The notes: a model not told the origin generated them from the sequence alone. Numbered from the stretch's first letter, positions 22,479-36,125 are shown. The stretch is 64,000 nucleotides of DNA from Octopus vulgaris (GCA_951406725.2 OX597821.1:109740001-109804000); one strand, 5' to 3'. Program-made: numbers and translations.

Positions 22479-24125
22479 GCATCCGTCGATCTCGAGAGGC
22501 CATGGATCGGCGCCCGAAGAAATCGTGTCTGCTGCTGATGATGTAGGGATGAGCAACTTTTCGTCAACTGGGGGCCGCATCGTACCCTTTTCTGGTGGGA
22601 GGGGGCCGCATGATAAAGCACATACGCATGGAATATTACTTGCCCACTTTGCACTGAAGCAGAGAGGGATGATGAAAGTAAATACAAAATTAAAGCGCTT
22701 GTTTAAGAGGTGAGAGACGATAAGGTTAATAATTGGAAAAATTTAGTTATATTTTTCTCTTGTAAACGTGTTGAGGGCTGCAGGGTGCCCATGCATGGTG
22801 TAGAGGCCCACACGAGAGTGACAGTTACATACATAGCGATTGCATTTGAAGGAAGGGGCTCTCTGCATGCGCTACTTGTTTGGTTGCGAGTTCCTGTTAT
22901 TTTTTCCATCGTTTCATTCCCTTTCACAGTATTTGTCAGCATCAAAGGCGATCTTTTGCGACCATCTCCCATCTCAAGACGCCCAGATCAAGCGACTTAA
23001 TATCCCTCTCACAGATGTCCTTGAAACGGAGATGATGTCGTCCTGGTGCTCTTGTGCAGGTAGCCAGTCACCCATACAGGACTTCTTTTGGGATCCTGCC
23101 GTCCGGCATGCGATGTACATGGCCGAGCCAGTGCAAAGGACGCTGCTGGAGCAGGGTGAGTATACTAGGCATCTTGGATCGGTTGAGGACTTCGGTGTTG
23201 GTGATTTGATCGGGCTACTTGATATCCAAGAAGCATCTCAAATTACGAAGGTGGAAGACGTTGAGACGCCGCTCCCGTCTTGAGTAGAGGCTCCACGTCT
23301 CATCGCCGTAAAATAGCGTACTAAGGACACACGCCCTATAGACAACAATTTTGGTGTTTGCAGCCAGTTTTCTGTTTGTGACCCTGGCAAATGTGGAGGA
23401 TGCTTATCCAATTCGCCAGTTGATCTCAGGGTCTAGGAGGGGTAGTCAGCGATGGTAAAGTGGTGGTAGGTGAATTCATGCATTACCTATTTCTTTACTA
23501 CCCACAAGGGGCTAAACACAGAAGGGACAAACAAGGACAGACAGAGGGATTAAGTCGATTATATCCACCCCAGTGCGTAACTGGTACTTATTTAATCGAC
23601 TCCGAAAGGATGAAAGACAAAGTCGACCTCGGCGGAATTTGAACTCAGAACGTAGCGGCAGACGAAATACCTATTTCTTTATTACCCACAAGGGGCTAAA
23701 CACAGAGGGGACAAACATGGAACGATATAGGCATTAAGTCGATTACATCGACCCCAGTGCGTAACTGGTACTTAATTTATCGACCTCGAAAGGATGAAAG
23801 GCAAAGTCGACCTCGGCGGAATTTGAACTCACAACGTAACGCAGACGACATACCGCTAAGCATTTCGCCCGGCGTGCTAACGTTTCTGCCAAATCGCCGG
23901 CTTTAATGCATTACCGTTCATGCTTGTAGCCGTTGATGGTGATTTTGGAGAGGTGGTGCTTGGTACCTTGGTCCTCGTCAGAATGTCAGTCAGGCTGAAT
24001 TCTTGAAAGGCTTTTGAAGGTTTGTCCATAAGCTGTTGCATTTTCGCCTCAGAGTGCGCTGTACTCTTCTCCAAAGAGTACAATGTGCTTCTTTTAGTTT
24101 CCATCTACACAATCTCTTCACTTTT
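22428..24125 (-). mobile_element. RTE-clade LINE 3' fragment with a (CTA)n tail, interrupted by a SINE B dimer
   Basis: Minus-strand peptides EVLYG..RFKDICERDIKSLD and a C-terminal FKC..C..SRVGL zinc-knuckle remnant. The 3' end ..GAGATCGACGGATGCC is followed by (TAC)n. An RT remnant AHSEAKMQQLMDK..AFQEFSL lies at ~24000. Confidence 0.82.
23488..23900 (-). mobile_element. SINE family B (Nin/Deu-like domain), tandem dimer
   Basis: Minus strand GAGTTCAAATTCCGCCGAGGTCGACTTTGCCTTTCATCCTTTCG(G/A)GGTCGATAAATTAAGTACCAG occurs twice; the junction is at ~23670. Confidence 0.88.
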
Positions 24126-25047
24126 GTTAGATTACCCCGAGTCTATTGTTGAAGACACTTGCTAAGGTGCGATGCAATGAGACTGAGCCCAGAACCATGT
24201 GATTGGGAAACAAATTTCTTACCACACAGCCACACACATACACACACAAGCCTACATAAACACACACTTTAGACTTTTCTCTACATCCGCTGGCCATTTC
24301 CTAACCCTCCCTGCACACGTACTCTGTTCTTTCGATTTTCACTCTCTCGGAAATAATCCCTCCGGAATTAGCTTTTCCCTAACTACATTCCACATTGTAC
24401 ACGCCCTCTCACAAGAACTGCTAGTTTCACTAGCTCTATCTAATTTACAAGCATGCACACACTAAAAGCAAGACACAGTATTGCACACGCATTCTACCCT
24501 CAACAACAAACAACATCACATTGTGGGTTTTTTATCCACACACATAGATCCGCACAACCCACTGAAGCCTACTCACTGTCATTCACAAAGCAAGCATACA
24601 ACATGCCTGGAATCAAGTATACAGCCTCTCTTAATGAACCATCTGCACACACGCTCACATGTCTGTTTCTAACTCCAGTTCATAGGGCATCATCGCCCGG
24701 TGATATAACTCGTCATTTTCTTTAAGCCTTCTACTTTATATCAATTTTTCTTCACTACATACTCTGTCTGTTTCTCTCTCTTCTCTCTCTGCCTCTTTCT
24801 TCCTCTCATTTGCCATGCTTCTCTCATATTCCATTTCCTCTAAGAAGACAGACTAACGCCCGAAACGTTATATTCATTCAATTCTCCTTTCACGCTAATA
24901 CATTATCAAGCTCTTTCTCGTTCATTGTTGCTTTTCAACGGTTTTCTACATTTTATGTATAGAAAGATATATACACACATGTATATTCATGAGCCTGCAT
25001 CAATGTATGTAACTATGGCACGTGTGTATATATATGTGGACATATAT

Positions 25048-25264
25048 TACTCTCTTTTTACTCTTTTACTTGTTTCAGTCATTTGACTGTGGCCATGCTG
25101 GAGCACCGCCTTTAGTCGAGCAAATCTACCCCAGGACTTATTCTTTGTAAGCCTAGTACTTATTCTATCGGTCTCTTTTGCCGTTACGGGGACGTAAACA
25201 CACCAGCATCGGTTGACAAGCGATGTTGGGGGGACAAACACAGACACACAAACATACACACACA

Positions 25265-25333
<69 letters not shown>

Positions 25334-25497
25334 GCGACGGGCTTATTTCAGTTTCCGTCTACCAAATCCACTCACTAGGCTTTGGTCGGCCCGAGGCCAT
25401 AGTAGAAGAAACTTGCCCAAGTTGCCATGCAGTGGGACTGAACCCGGAACCATGTGGTTCGTAAACAAGCTGCTTACCACACAGCCACTCCTACGCC
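25048..25497 (-). mobile_element. SINE family A, full length
   Basis: Consensus match. Confidence 0.92.
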
Positions 25498-25940
25498 TTA
25501 CATGAATATATATACATATGTACATATGGGTGTGAGTGTGTGGGTGAATATTAGTGAATCTTAACTCACTGCCGTATATGACCACCTTTTCGTATTCCCC
25601 TTTTAAGATAATGTTCCTCTTTGCTATGGTAGACCCTACATCTTAAGGTAAACACATAGACATACTCCAGAAGGGCAAAAACAAGACAGCATTTTGAACT
25701 TCGGTGGAGGACAAAGCTACAGAGGTTTGGTGTGTACTGCGACTGCTAACCATCTGTACAATCAAGTCCAAGTACCATCATGATTAAAGAATGCTACGGA
25801 TATGGCGATATTTCCTTGTGACAGGTGTACGTGTTTCGCTGATTGCCGAAACGAAAAGTGGAGCTGATTGTTTCGTGTTTCCGCGAAAATCGTGTCTTGA
25901 CTTGCTCTAGAAAGGGAGGGAGGGAGTGAACGAACGACAG

Positions 25941-25974
<34 letters not shown>

Positions 25975-26132
25975 AAGGAAACGAGCTAGAGAGTGAGAGA
26001 GAGGAGAAAGAGATAGGGAGATAGAGATAGACTCCTGTATTCGGTAGGTACTTATTTTATAGGTAGATAGACAGAGAGAGACAGAGAGACAGAGAGGGAA
26101 ACAGACAGACAGGCAGACAGAGACAGATAGAT

Positions 26133-26165
<33 letters not shown>

Positions 26166-26321
26166 GGAAGAGAATGGGTGATAGAGATTGGTAGACAGAG
26201 CATAACCGCGGGAGGAAATTTGCTCGAAGTCCGAAATTTTTTACAAGTAAAGTCAATTTGTTTCAGTCTTGATATCAAAACAAACAGAAGTATAATAAAA
26301 AATTTCAAATTTTGATACAAG

Positions 26322-26640
26322 GCCAGCAATTTCCGGTAGGAGGTAAGAAGTCGAATACATCGACCCCATTGCATAACTGGTATTTATTTAATCGACCCCG
26401 AAAGGTTGAAAGCAAAGTCGACCACAAGCATAATTTGAACTCAGAACGTAAAGACATACAGCTAAACATTTTGGCCGTCGCTACGTTCTGGCGAAATGCT
26501 TAGCGGCATTTTGCTCATCGCTACGTTCAAATTCCACTGGGGTCGGCTTTGCCTTTCATCTTTTAGGGGTCGATTAAATAAATACCAGTTCAACGCAGGG
26601 GTCGATGTAATTGATAGTATCATCTCCTCCCCCAAAATAG
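26322..26640. mobile_element. Two diverged SINE B copies, head-to-head
   Basis: Minus copy at 26322-26455 and plus copy at 26489-26640 (CTTTGCCTTTCATCTTTTAGGGGTCGAT). Confidence 0.75.
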
Positions 26641-26641
26641 C

Positions 26642-26719
<78 letters not shown>

Positions 26720-27169
26720 ACATATTAGTTGAATTTAACAATGGAAAACTAATATTTCAAATCAGTCAAAAAATGTTTCTAACCTCATTCGTTTTGTCGA
26801 TGGCGTTCTTCAAGAATATGCTTAAAGCACTTTCATTGCCCCATCGTCCAAATGTCAGTGGTTGAGCTTGCATATCTTGCAAACCCTGTTTCCGACACAA
26901 TGGACAGAGAGATACGAGAGAGATGGAGCGTAAAATATTCCTTGCACATGAAACGTTACATTGTCAAAGGCTGGTGTCTCGGGAATGGCACTGTCTTTAA
27001 ATGTTTAAAGATCTAAAAGGACATGATATAATTGCCATAAGAAAAAAAGAAATAGCTTTTGAGAGAGCGTGGAGTACCTACTAACCAAACCGGAACGAAG
27101 TAAAACACGAGTGACTGGGAGTTACGAAAGTTAACGCAAATTCCTTACATGTTTTTCTCTATTTGCATC

Positions 27170-27555
27170 TCTTTTACTCTTTCACTTGTTTCAGTCATGT
27201 GACTGTGGCCATGCTGTTACACCGCCTTTAGCAGACTTATTCCTTGTAAGCCTAGTACTTATTCTATCAGTCTCTTTTGCCGAACCGCTAAGTTACGGGG
27301 ATGTAAACACACCAGCATCGGTTGTCAAGCGATGTTGGGGGGACAAACACAGATACACAAACATATACACACACATACATATATCTATATATACATATAT
27401 ACGACGAGATTCTTTCAATTTCCGTCTACCAATGGCTTTGGTCGTCCCAAGGCTATAGAAGTCACTTGCCCAAGGTACCACGCAGTGAGACTGAACCCTG
27501 AACAATGTGGTTCGCAAGCAAGCTACTTACCACACAGCCACTCCTACTCCTACGC
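27170..27555 (-). mobile_element. SINE family A with internal deletions
   Basis: Consensus match. Confidence 0.88.
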
Positions 27556-28333
27556 ATCACTAAATTGACATTATGAATTTAAGTGGGTTGTAGCAATGGC
27601 CAAAAGGTATTTTGGGGACTCGATGGCAAGAATTGGATAGTTCTGACCCAGAGATGACCACAGTCAACAGCATCTCTGATCATAGATGTGGTCGGTCAGG
27701 AGTGACCTAGGGTTAAACCGCAACATCTACGTTTCTTTCTGTCTCTTCTTCACCTCTTGCTCTAACTTGGCAGCCAAAACAGAACTAAATAAAACCATGG
27801 AAAGTTCTCATGAATAAAAGGAAGTGGAAAAGAGTTCTTCAGAAGAGTTACGGAAGTTAGCGCAAATTCCCATAATTTTTCACAGCATTTCTATGCAGCT
27901 GAAACCCAAAATGGGTTTATGTATTTCGCTGGATTAAACCTGGGGTCAAAAAGTATTTGGGGACATGTTTGCAAGTATTGACTAGTTTTGACCAGACGCC
28001 ATCATAACTGCAACATCTGAGACTGTAGACGAAGTCGATCAAGACTGACCTTGGGTTAAAAAAACAACTTTGTTCCTTCTACTCTTCCTTCACCTCTTGC
28101 TGTTGAGAGGAGGAAGAGGTTGGACTCCTCATTCGACTCGGCTTGTCAAATTCACTATAATTATTTACACCTGCTTGTAAAGAGAGAGAGAGAAAACTAA
28201 GGAAGACAGGGAGAGAGAGTAAGGATGGAAGGGTAGAGGAGAGGGAAGAGGAGCAGGTGTGTATGTACGTACGTATGTTTCCATGTAGGAATAGACACAC
28301 ACATACACATATACATACACGCACAGAGACATT

Positions 28334-28397
<64 letters not shown>

Positions 28398-29082
28398 TAC
28401 ATACATATATGTATAGACATATGTGTGTGTGCATGTAAACATATAAACACCATTTCCGGTGGTAAGGATATGGACGATGGTGGAGGTAATGGTGAGGAAG
28501 CAAGGTGTTTCTATTTAACCCCAGGTCAGCCTTTCATAAACAGACCAGTGATTAAAAGGATTCCATTCATGACCTTCTCGCATCTAGGACTACGTCATCC
28601 GATGTGTCCACCTGTTATGCAGCCGATACGAATCAAAGGTATAATTTGAAGGAGATGTGGCTGCTGTTTCTCGCAAATCGGGTGCTCGCAAGAAAGCTCC
28701 TTCTTTCATTGATCCGAAACTGTGGTTAATATGACGATAGTGATGGTGGTGTCAGTGGTGATGATGGTGGCGGTGCGTGTGATTTGATGGTGTTTGTGGT
28801 GGTGGTGGTGTTTGTGGTGGTTGTGATAGTGTTATAGTTCTGGTTGTGGTAAGAGGTGGCGCTGCGTACGGTAGCAGTTTCTGCGGTTGTGGATTTACAG
28901 TATCAATAGAAGAGATATTCGTCGGTGGGCGTGAGATCCTTTCAGTGCGTGCATGCGAGTATGTGTGTGTATATATATATATATATATATGTGTGTGTAT
29001 ATATATGTGTGTGTGTATGTATATATATATATATATGTATGTATGTATGTATATATATGTATATATATATATACATATATAT

Positions 29083-29330
29083 AGAATAGATGGAGCCATG
29101 GAGACTGAAGAAGGGGAATTTTCCTTGTGTTATTTGTCCTGTACTCTATTTTTTTGTTGTTTAAGAAAAATGTCCATTTCCTTGTTTTTGTGTTTATGTT
29201 TTCGTTCCTCATTGTGTTCGGCGTTTTTTTTTTGTGTCCTGTACCCTTATATGCGTGTATATATACATGTAGAGGTAGGTACGTACATATATGTATATAT
29301 ATATATATGCATATGCTTTATTTATTAATA
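29083..29330 (+). mobile_element. 5'-truncated copy of the rearranged-hammerhead repeat (CUGAAGA strand and tail only)
   Basis: GACTGAAGAAGGGGAATTTT at 29103 and a tail matching the reverse complement of 2335-2550. Confidence 0.8.
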
Positions 29331-29344
29331 TATATATATATATA

Positions 29345-29766
29345 GGCGCAGGAGTGGCTGTTTGGTAAGTAGCTTGCTAACCAACCACATGGTTCCGGGT
29401 TCAGTCCCACTGCGTGGCATCTTGGGCGAGTGTCTTCTGCTATAGCCCCGGGCCGACCAATGCCTTGTGAGTGGATTTGGTAGACGGATACTGAAAGAAG
29501 CCTGTCGTATATATGTATATATATATATAAGTGTGTGTGAATATGTTTGTGTGTCTGTATTTGTTCCCCTAGCATTGCTTGACAACCGATGCTGGTGTGT
29601 TTACGTCCCTGTCACTTAGCGGTTCGGCAAAAGAGACCGATAGAATAAGTACTGGGCTTACAAAGAATAAGTCCCGGGGTCGATTTGCTCGACTAAAGGC
29701 GGTGCTCCAGCATGGCCGCAGTCAAATGACTGAAACAAGTAAAAAGAGTAAAAAAGAGTAAAGAGT
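29345..29766 (+). mobile_element. SINE family A, young subfamily, full length
   Basis: Diagnostic GCATCTTGGG, TGCTATAGCCCCGGG, CCAATGCC and CCCTAGCATTG. Confidence 0.95.
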
Positions 29767-29794
29767 ATATATATATATACATATATATACATAC

Positions 29795-29827
<33 letters not shown>

Positions 29828-30881
29828 TCTATGTATATATAGAGAGAGACACAGACATGAATGTATGTACACGAACATGTTACTATGGATAAAAATCACG
29901 TGTGCATGTGTATACACACATATGCATATACTGTCAAGACTAAATACCTATATGTATATCTGTGTGTGTATTTGTGTGTGTGTATTTGTGTGTATGTGTG
30001 TGTGTGTGTGTGCGTGCGTACAGCCACAAATGTATAGGCATTTCTACATATACGTATATGTACATATATTTGTACGTGTGTGTGTGTGTGTGCGTCTATG
30101 TATGGATATGCAGTGGCATGTATTAGGTGTGTCTGTGTATATACATATGTATGTTTATTGCTGATGGTGGCCATTGCTGTTGTTGTTGTTGTTGTTGTTG
30201 TAAATGATGGTGGTAAAAGAGGCGGTGGCGGCGATGTTGCTTTGCCAGGCACTGAGTTGTGTGAAAATCTGGCGACAGAGTGTCTGGTAAAGTTAGTCAG
30301 GTAGGTCAGTTATATTGCGGCGGTGACCGTCTAGCCAACGAAAGGGTGGAGGGGAGACGGAGGGTATCTGAGGTGGTACGAAAGGTGGGGAGAGAGGAGG
30401 GTGGGTTGATGGGGGTACGTGGGCAGCGAAGGGGGAAGGGGCGAGGGCGGCGTACCACACAATAGCGACAGTGATGATAGGGGTGGTGATAGTGGTTAGC
30501 GGTAATACTGCTAATGATGATGATGATGATCATGATCATGATGATGATACGCGCGGGTATGAGAACTTAAACCCTTCTAAATATGTGCGTCTGCTGATGT
30601 TTATGAGGGCGTAAATGTGTGTGTGTGTGTGTATGTATGTATGTGTGTGTGTGTGTGTGTGTGTGTATGGTTTTTGTGCGAAGTCTTACTTGTGGTTGTA
30701 CTAAAACTTATGTATAGATTTGAAGCAAGGCTATGGGGTTTCAGACGGTCCCTTTGTGCCTACATGAGTTCGGGTTCGGTCCCACAGCACCGCACCCTGA
30801 TCCAATGTTTTCTGCTACAACTCCGAAACGACCAATGAGTTGTGAGTGAAATTCGTAGTCAGAAACTGCATGGAAGCCTGT

Positions 30882-30925
<44 letters not shown>

Positions 30926-31401
30926 AATATGAGAGAGAATCCACTATGGGGACGCTCTTACGCTAAAGATAGAACCGCAAAGGTATCAACCACTAAGAAT
31001 TGTTTTCAAGAAAAATTTAGCACGCTATGAACGTAAGCAGGACAAATGGAAAATAACAAAAATGTAGATTAACCCCATATAAATTTTTCTTAAGAAAATA
31101 CTTATTTAAAAAAATTTTATGTCATGATTAGCAAAAGCGAAACCAGTCGACAAGCACAACATAAGGTATATCAAAAATTATTTTAAAACTATGTAGTGTG
31201 TGTAATTTCCTTTATTCGGTAGCCATGATAATGGCTACCTAATAATTGTCACATATTATATTTACACATATATGTATATATATAAATGGAACAAAAACGC
31301 AATAGAGATCATCAACACGTTTGGACAGATAGACGACACAAAGGTGAACAAGCGAAACAACAATTTGAGGGAAAGGCAAAAAAAAGATGGGTCATTCTTG
31401 G

Positions 31402-31489
31402 CTTTCTTTCATCAGTCAAGTACCAGAAGTCACGACCATTTCAGACAGTTACACTTGAGATGGTTCAATCTTGTTGTCTCCCAAAAAGT
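31402..31489 (-). ncRNA. Rearranged hammerhead ribozyme, copy 4 (second subfamily, AUC triplet, intact core)
   Basis: Minus strand reads CUUUUU ggg AGACA..ACCAUC^UCAAGU guaac UGUCU GAA AUGGU..ACUUGA CUGAUGA AAGAAAG. Stem III is AUGGU/ACCAU and stem I is UCAAGU/ACUUGA. It lies within a repeat remnant spanning 31285-31700. Confidence 0.8.
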
Positions 31490-31700
31490 CTAAGCTAAGA
31501 GCTTTAAACCCTTTGTAAGAAAGCTATCGAATGTGTACGGCAACAAAGACGAAAAAGAAAACAAACAAACGGAGAATATGTTACACAATTACGAATACAA
31601 CAACAAGAAATAACAGGTGTATTTCGAATGAGAACGATTCAAATTGCATGGAATGAAAGCCTAAAGGCAGTAACATGGGAGATGGACACATGACGTGTTT

Positions 31701-31738
<38 letters not shown>

Positions 31739-32179
31739 CATCATATAATAAGCCAATCCTTTATTAAAAATCAATACCTTTATTAAAAATAGCAATAATA
31801 ATAAAGTGCCCAGCAAGTTTTATCCAAATATGTAAAACAAACAAATCAAATAATTAGGGTACCGTGATATCACTTGCTAGAAATAAGAGTTACACTTCAA
31901 AGCCCAAAATTTCTCGTAATAAATATAATGAAAATAGACCTTACCTTGTAAAAGCCACAAAGCAAAAACAGATATCTTGCTATCAATTGATGTCACCTTT
32001 TGTATGTTAGTACTTAAAGAACTTGCTTTGTGGTTTGATACAAAGTTAGGCCTATCTTTATTATATTCATTACATTCACCGTTCCTGTTTCTTATTAGTG
32101 AGAAATTTGTGGCTTTGGTGTGGCAACTTCTATCTCTAGCAAGTGGTATTCCGGTACCCTAATTAATTTATATATATAT

Positions 32180-32410
32180 ATTTCTTTACTACCCACAAGG
32201 GGCTAAACACAGAGGGGACAAACAAGGACAGACAAAGGGATTAAGTCGATTACATCGACCCCAGTGCGTAATTGGTGCTTAATTTATCGACCCCGAAAGG
32301 ATGAAAGGCAAAGTCGACCTCGGCGGAATTTGAACTCGGAACGTAACGACAGACGAAATACGGCTACGAATTTCGCCCGGCGTGCTAACGTTTCTACCAG
32401 CTCGCCGCCT
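32180..32410 (-). mobile_element. SINE family B, full length
   Basis: Head GGCGGCGAGCTGG.., B-box GAGTTCAAATTCC, Nin/Deu-like domain, tail ..GTGGGTAGTAAAGAAAT. Confidence 0.9.
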
Positions 32411-32413
32411 TAT

Positions 32414-32475
<62 letters not shown>

Positions 32476-32890
32476 ACATACACGCGTTTCGGTAAATTAT
32501 ATGCAAGGATTACATAATTGCTTGCTGAAACCGTACATAATTCTATTAAATACCTCGCTAGTGTTTCGCAAACACACGCAATGATAGTAACTTGGTTGAG
32601 AATGGCTTTGTAAATATCTAAATTTCCATCTACGTTAGAATATTTATAATTATATAATAATTTTGTTAATCGTCGTTTTCCAGTTTTCTCACAATCTGTA
32701 TATTCTTTATACACAATTTTTGTTTCTTACGCCGCATCAAGACTTTATAATGAAAAATATCTCACAACTGCTAATGTAGCTATTGTCCCCTTACAAAACG
32801 TTTGGCTAACTTTATGTCTACAATTACGTCTTGATTATAATTAGAACATTAATTAGATATGAACTAATAAACAAGTGTGTGTGTGTGTGT

Positions 32891-33628
32891 GGACGGCGTA
32901 GTTATGTGGCAAGAAGCTTGCTTCCCAACCACATGTTTCCGAGTTCAATCTCACTGCGTGGCACCTTGGTCAAGAGTCTTCCACTATAGCCACGGGTTGA
33001 TCATTGACTTGTGGGTGGATTTGGTCGACGAAATCTGAAAGAAGCCCATCGAATATACATATATGTGTATGTTTGTTTATCTGTGCTTGTTCCCTCACCA
33101 TCGCTTGAAAAGCGGTTCGGCAAAAGAGACAGATGGAATAAATGCCAGGCTTACTAAGAATAAGTCCTGGTTCGATTTGTTCGACTAAAATCTGTATTCC
33201 AGCATGGCCGCAGTCAAATGACTGAAACAAGTAAAAGAATAAAAGAATATATATATATATATATATATATATTCTTTTATTCTTTTACTCTTTTACTTGT
33301 TTCAGTCATTTGACTGCGGCCATGCTGGAGCACCGCCTTTAGTCGAGCAAATCGACCCCGGGACTTATTCTTTGTAAGCCCAGTACTTATTCTATCGGTC
33401 TCTTTTGCCAAACCGCAAAGTGACGGGGACGTAAACACACCAGCATCGGTTGTCAAGCAATGCTAGGGAGACAAACACAGACACACAAACACATACACAC
33501 ATACATACATATACATATACATATATACGACAGGCTTCTTTCAGTTTCCGTCTACCAAATCCACTCTCAAGGCATTGATCGGCCCGGGGCTATAGCAGAA
33601 GACACTTGCCCAAGATGCCACGCAGTGG

Positions 33629-33630
<2 letters not shown>
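32891..33630. mobile_element. Two SINE A copies, tail-to-tail across (TA)n
   Basis: Plus copy at 32891-33248 (old) and minus copy at 33272-33630 (young, head truncated). Confidence 0.88.
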
Positions 33631-33696
<66 letters not shown>

Positions 33697-33983
33697 GTAC
33701 ACACAAACGCACAAACACACATATCCACGCATATATCCATATCATTTATCGTCTATTTATGTTTTATTTTTTGCTTGTTTCAGTCATTAGACTGCGACCA
33801 TGCTGGGGCATCGCCTTGAATTTTTAATGAACTAAATCTATCGTAGCACTTATTTTTTAAGCCTGATACTAATTATATTGGTTGTTTTTGCCGAACCGCT
33901 AAGTCACGGGGACACGCACACACTACCACCGGTTGTCAAGCAGTGGTGGATATACAAAAACACAGACACACACGCAAACACAC

Positions 33984-34403
33984 AGGGCCGCATTAAGACC
34001 CATCGAGGCCCTAAGCACTTACAAGGTTTTAGTACCGTCATAAAAGATTACGTAATTCAAAATATAAACAATAACAAACCGTAAAATGGATTTTTATTTT
34101 TCAAGACGAAACGAAACCGTAAGAGGGAACATAAGGTTTATTTTTGTATACTTCCACTTTAGTTATATTTGAAAAAATTTCCTCCTACATTTTTGAATTG
34201 CAAAGTCTTTCAATCAGATCCTCAAAATTAATCTCAGATAACACATCTGCATCTGTATTTAGAAGAGATAAACGCATCCCAAATATCATTTCAGCAAGTT
34301 TAAAGTGAATTCTTTTGTGGCGTAAACCATTTACCATTTCGGTGGTGCCCCCTTGATGCCCTAAGCAAATGCTTATTTTGCTTAATCGTTAATCCAATGC
34401 TGC
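33984..34403 (+). mobile_element. hAT-like MITE nested in the internal microsatellite of a SINE A (33770-33983 and 34791-34942, minus)
   Basis: Ends CAGGGCCGCATTAA and TTAATCCAATGCTG form an imperfect TIR; GCCCTAAGCA is repeated subterminally. Confidence 0.65.
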
Positions 34404-34452
34404 ATACATACACACACACAGAAACTCATACACACACACACACACACAAACA

Positions 34453-34509
<57 letters not shown>

Positions 34510-34944
34510 TTATATATATTCTCTCTGGCATCCAAACTACACTACCTCATGTTCCTAAGATTCATATCTACACGTTTATCTGTATATTTACCTTACCTAG
34601 GATGTTATTACTTGATCTGATAACTTTTATATTATTGGAAAACCTATATAAAGTTAGCTGAAGATTACTCGGCATCTTAAATCTGCTGAAATATTTACAG
34701 CTTTTAATAAAGTGTTGTAGTATGAAACAATCGTACTAAATTACCGGATTCATTCTTGTTGCTTATTTTTGATTATATATATATATATATACGAGGGGTT
34801 CTTTCAGTTTCTGTGTACTAATTCCACCCACAAGGCTTTGGTCCGCCTGAGGCCATAGTAGAAGACAGCCGCCCAAAGGTATCACGCAGTGGGACTGAAC
34901 CCGGAGCCATGTGGTTGGGAAGCAAGCTTCTTAACACAGCCATG

Positions 34945-35054
<110 letters not shown>

Positions 35055-35118
35055 ATGAATATATACACATATATATGTACATATATGTATGTATATATTC
35101 ATATATTTATATATTATT

Positions 35119-35168
<50 letters not shown>

Positions 35169-35803
35169 GGAATTTACAGAAAAACAAAAGACGAAGACAG
35201 GTGTATAAACAACAAATGGGTGTATAAGTTTAACCCTCGGGGAGGTGAGAAAGTGTTTTACATTTCGAGCCTACGCTCTTAAACAGAAAGGAACACGAGG
35301 TAATAAACAGGGAAAATAAAAAAATCTTTAGGGGCTAGCGGTCAATCATATATATTGGAGTGCACGTGTGTGTGTGTGTATGTGCGTGTGAGAGCGTGCC
35401 TGTGTGTGCGTGTGTGTGTGTGTGTGTGTACGTAGCATTATAATGCAATCGTAGTATGTGTTGCAGTAAAATAATATATAAGATTTTTAATATAGACATC
35501 GGTGTGTGGTTATGTATATGCGTATTTTTTCTCTCCTTTGCCTGTGGGTGTATACGTGTGCGCGTGTGTGTGTGTGTGTGTGTGTGTGTGTTGTATATCA
35601 ATTCTTTGTCACTTAATATAATATATATTGCACCTCGATGCATGAATGGATGTTCAACAATATATATACGTATTCAGTTTACCTCTTTGTCACTGTTTAA
35701 CGAGGCGTGGTTATTTTTAATATATTATGCTACAAATACAAATGAGCTTCTCAATATGGTACTCACTGTGTTTCTGTGTCGATGCAAAATAATGAGTAGA
35801 TAG

Positions 35804-35834
<31 letters not shown>

Positions 35835-36078
35835 TGTATGTATGTATGTATGTATGTATGTATGTATGTATGTATGTATGTATGTATGTATGTATATATG
35901 TACGTATGTGTGTATGTATGTATGTATGTATGCATGTATGTATATCTCTCTCTATATAAACGGCAGTTTGTCTGTGCGTGTTTCTGTGTGTCTGTTTTCT
36001 CATTTTTTGGCTATAACTCTCTAAAAGTGCTTTATAGTTATTTCCCTTACAAACCTGAGCAACGCCGGGCGATACTGC

Positions 36079-36125
<47 letters not shown>

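Noticed and set aside
29345-29420. tRNA gene
   Set aside because: The A and B boxes belong to a SINE head; there is no complete cloverleaf and the sequence continues into the SINE body.
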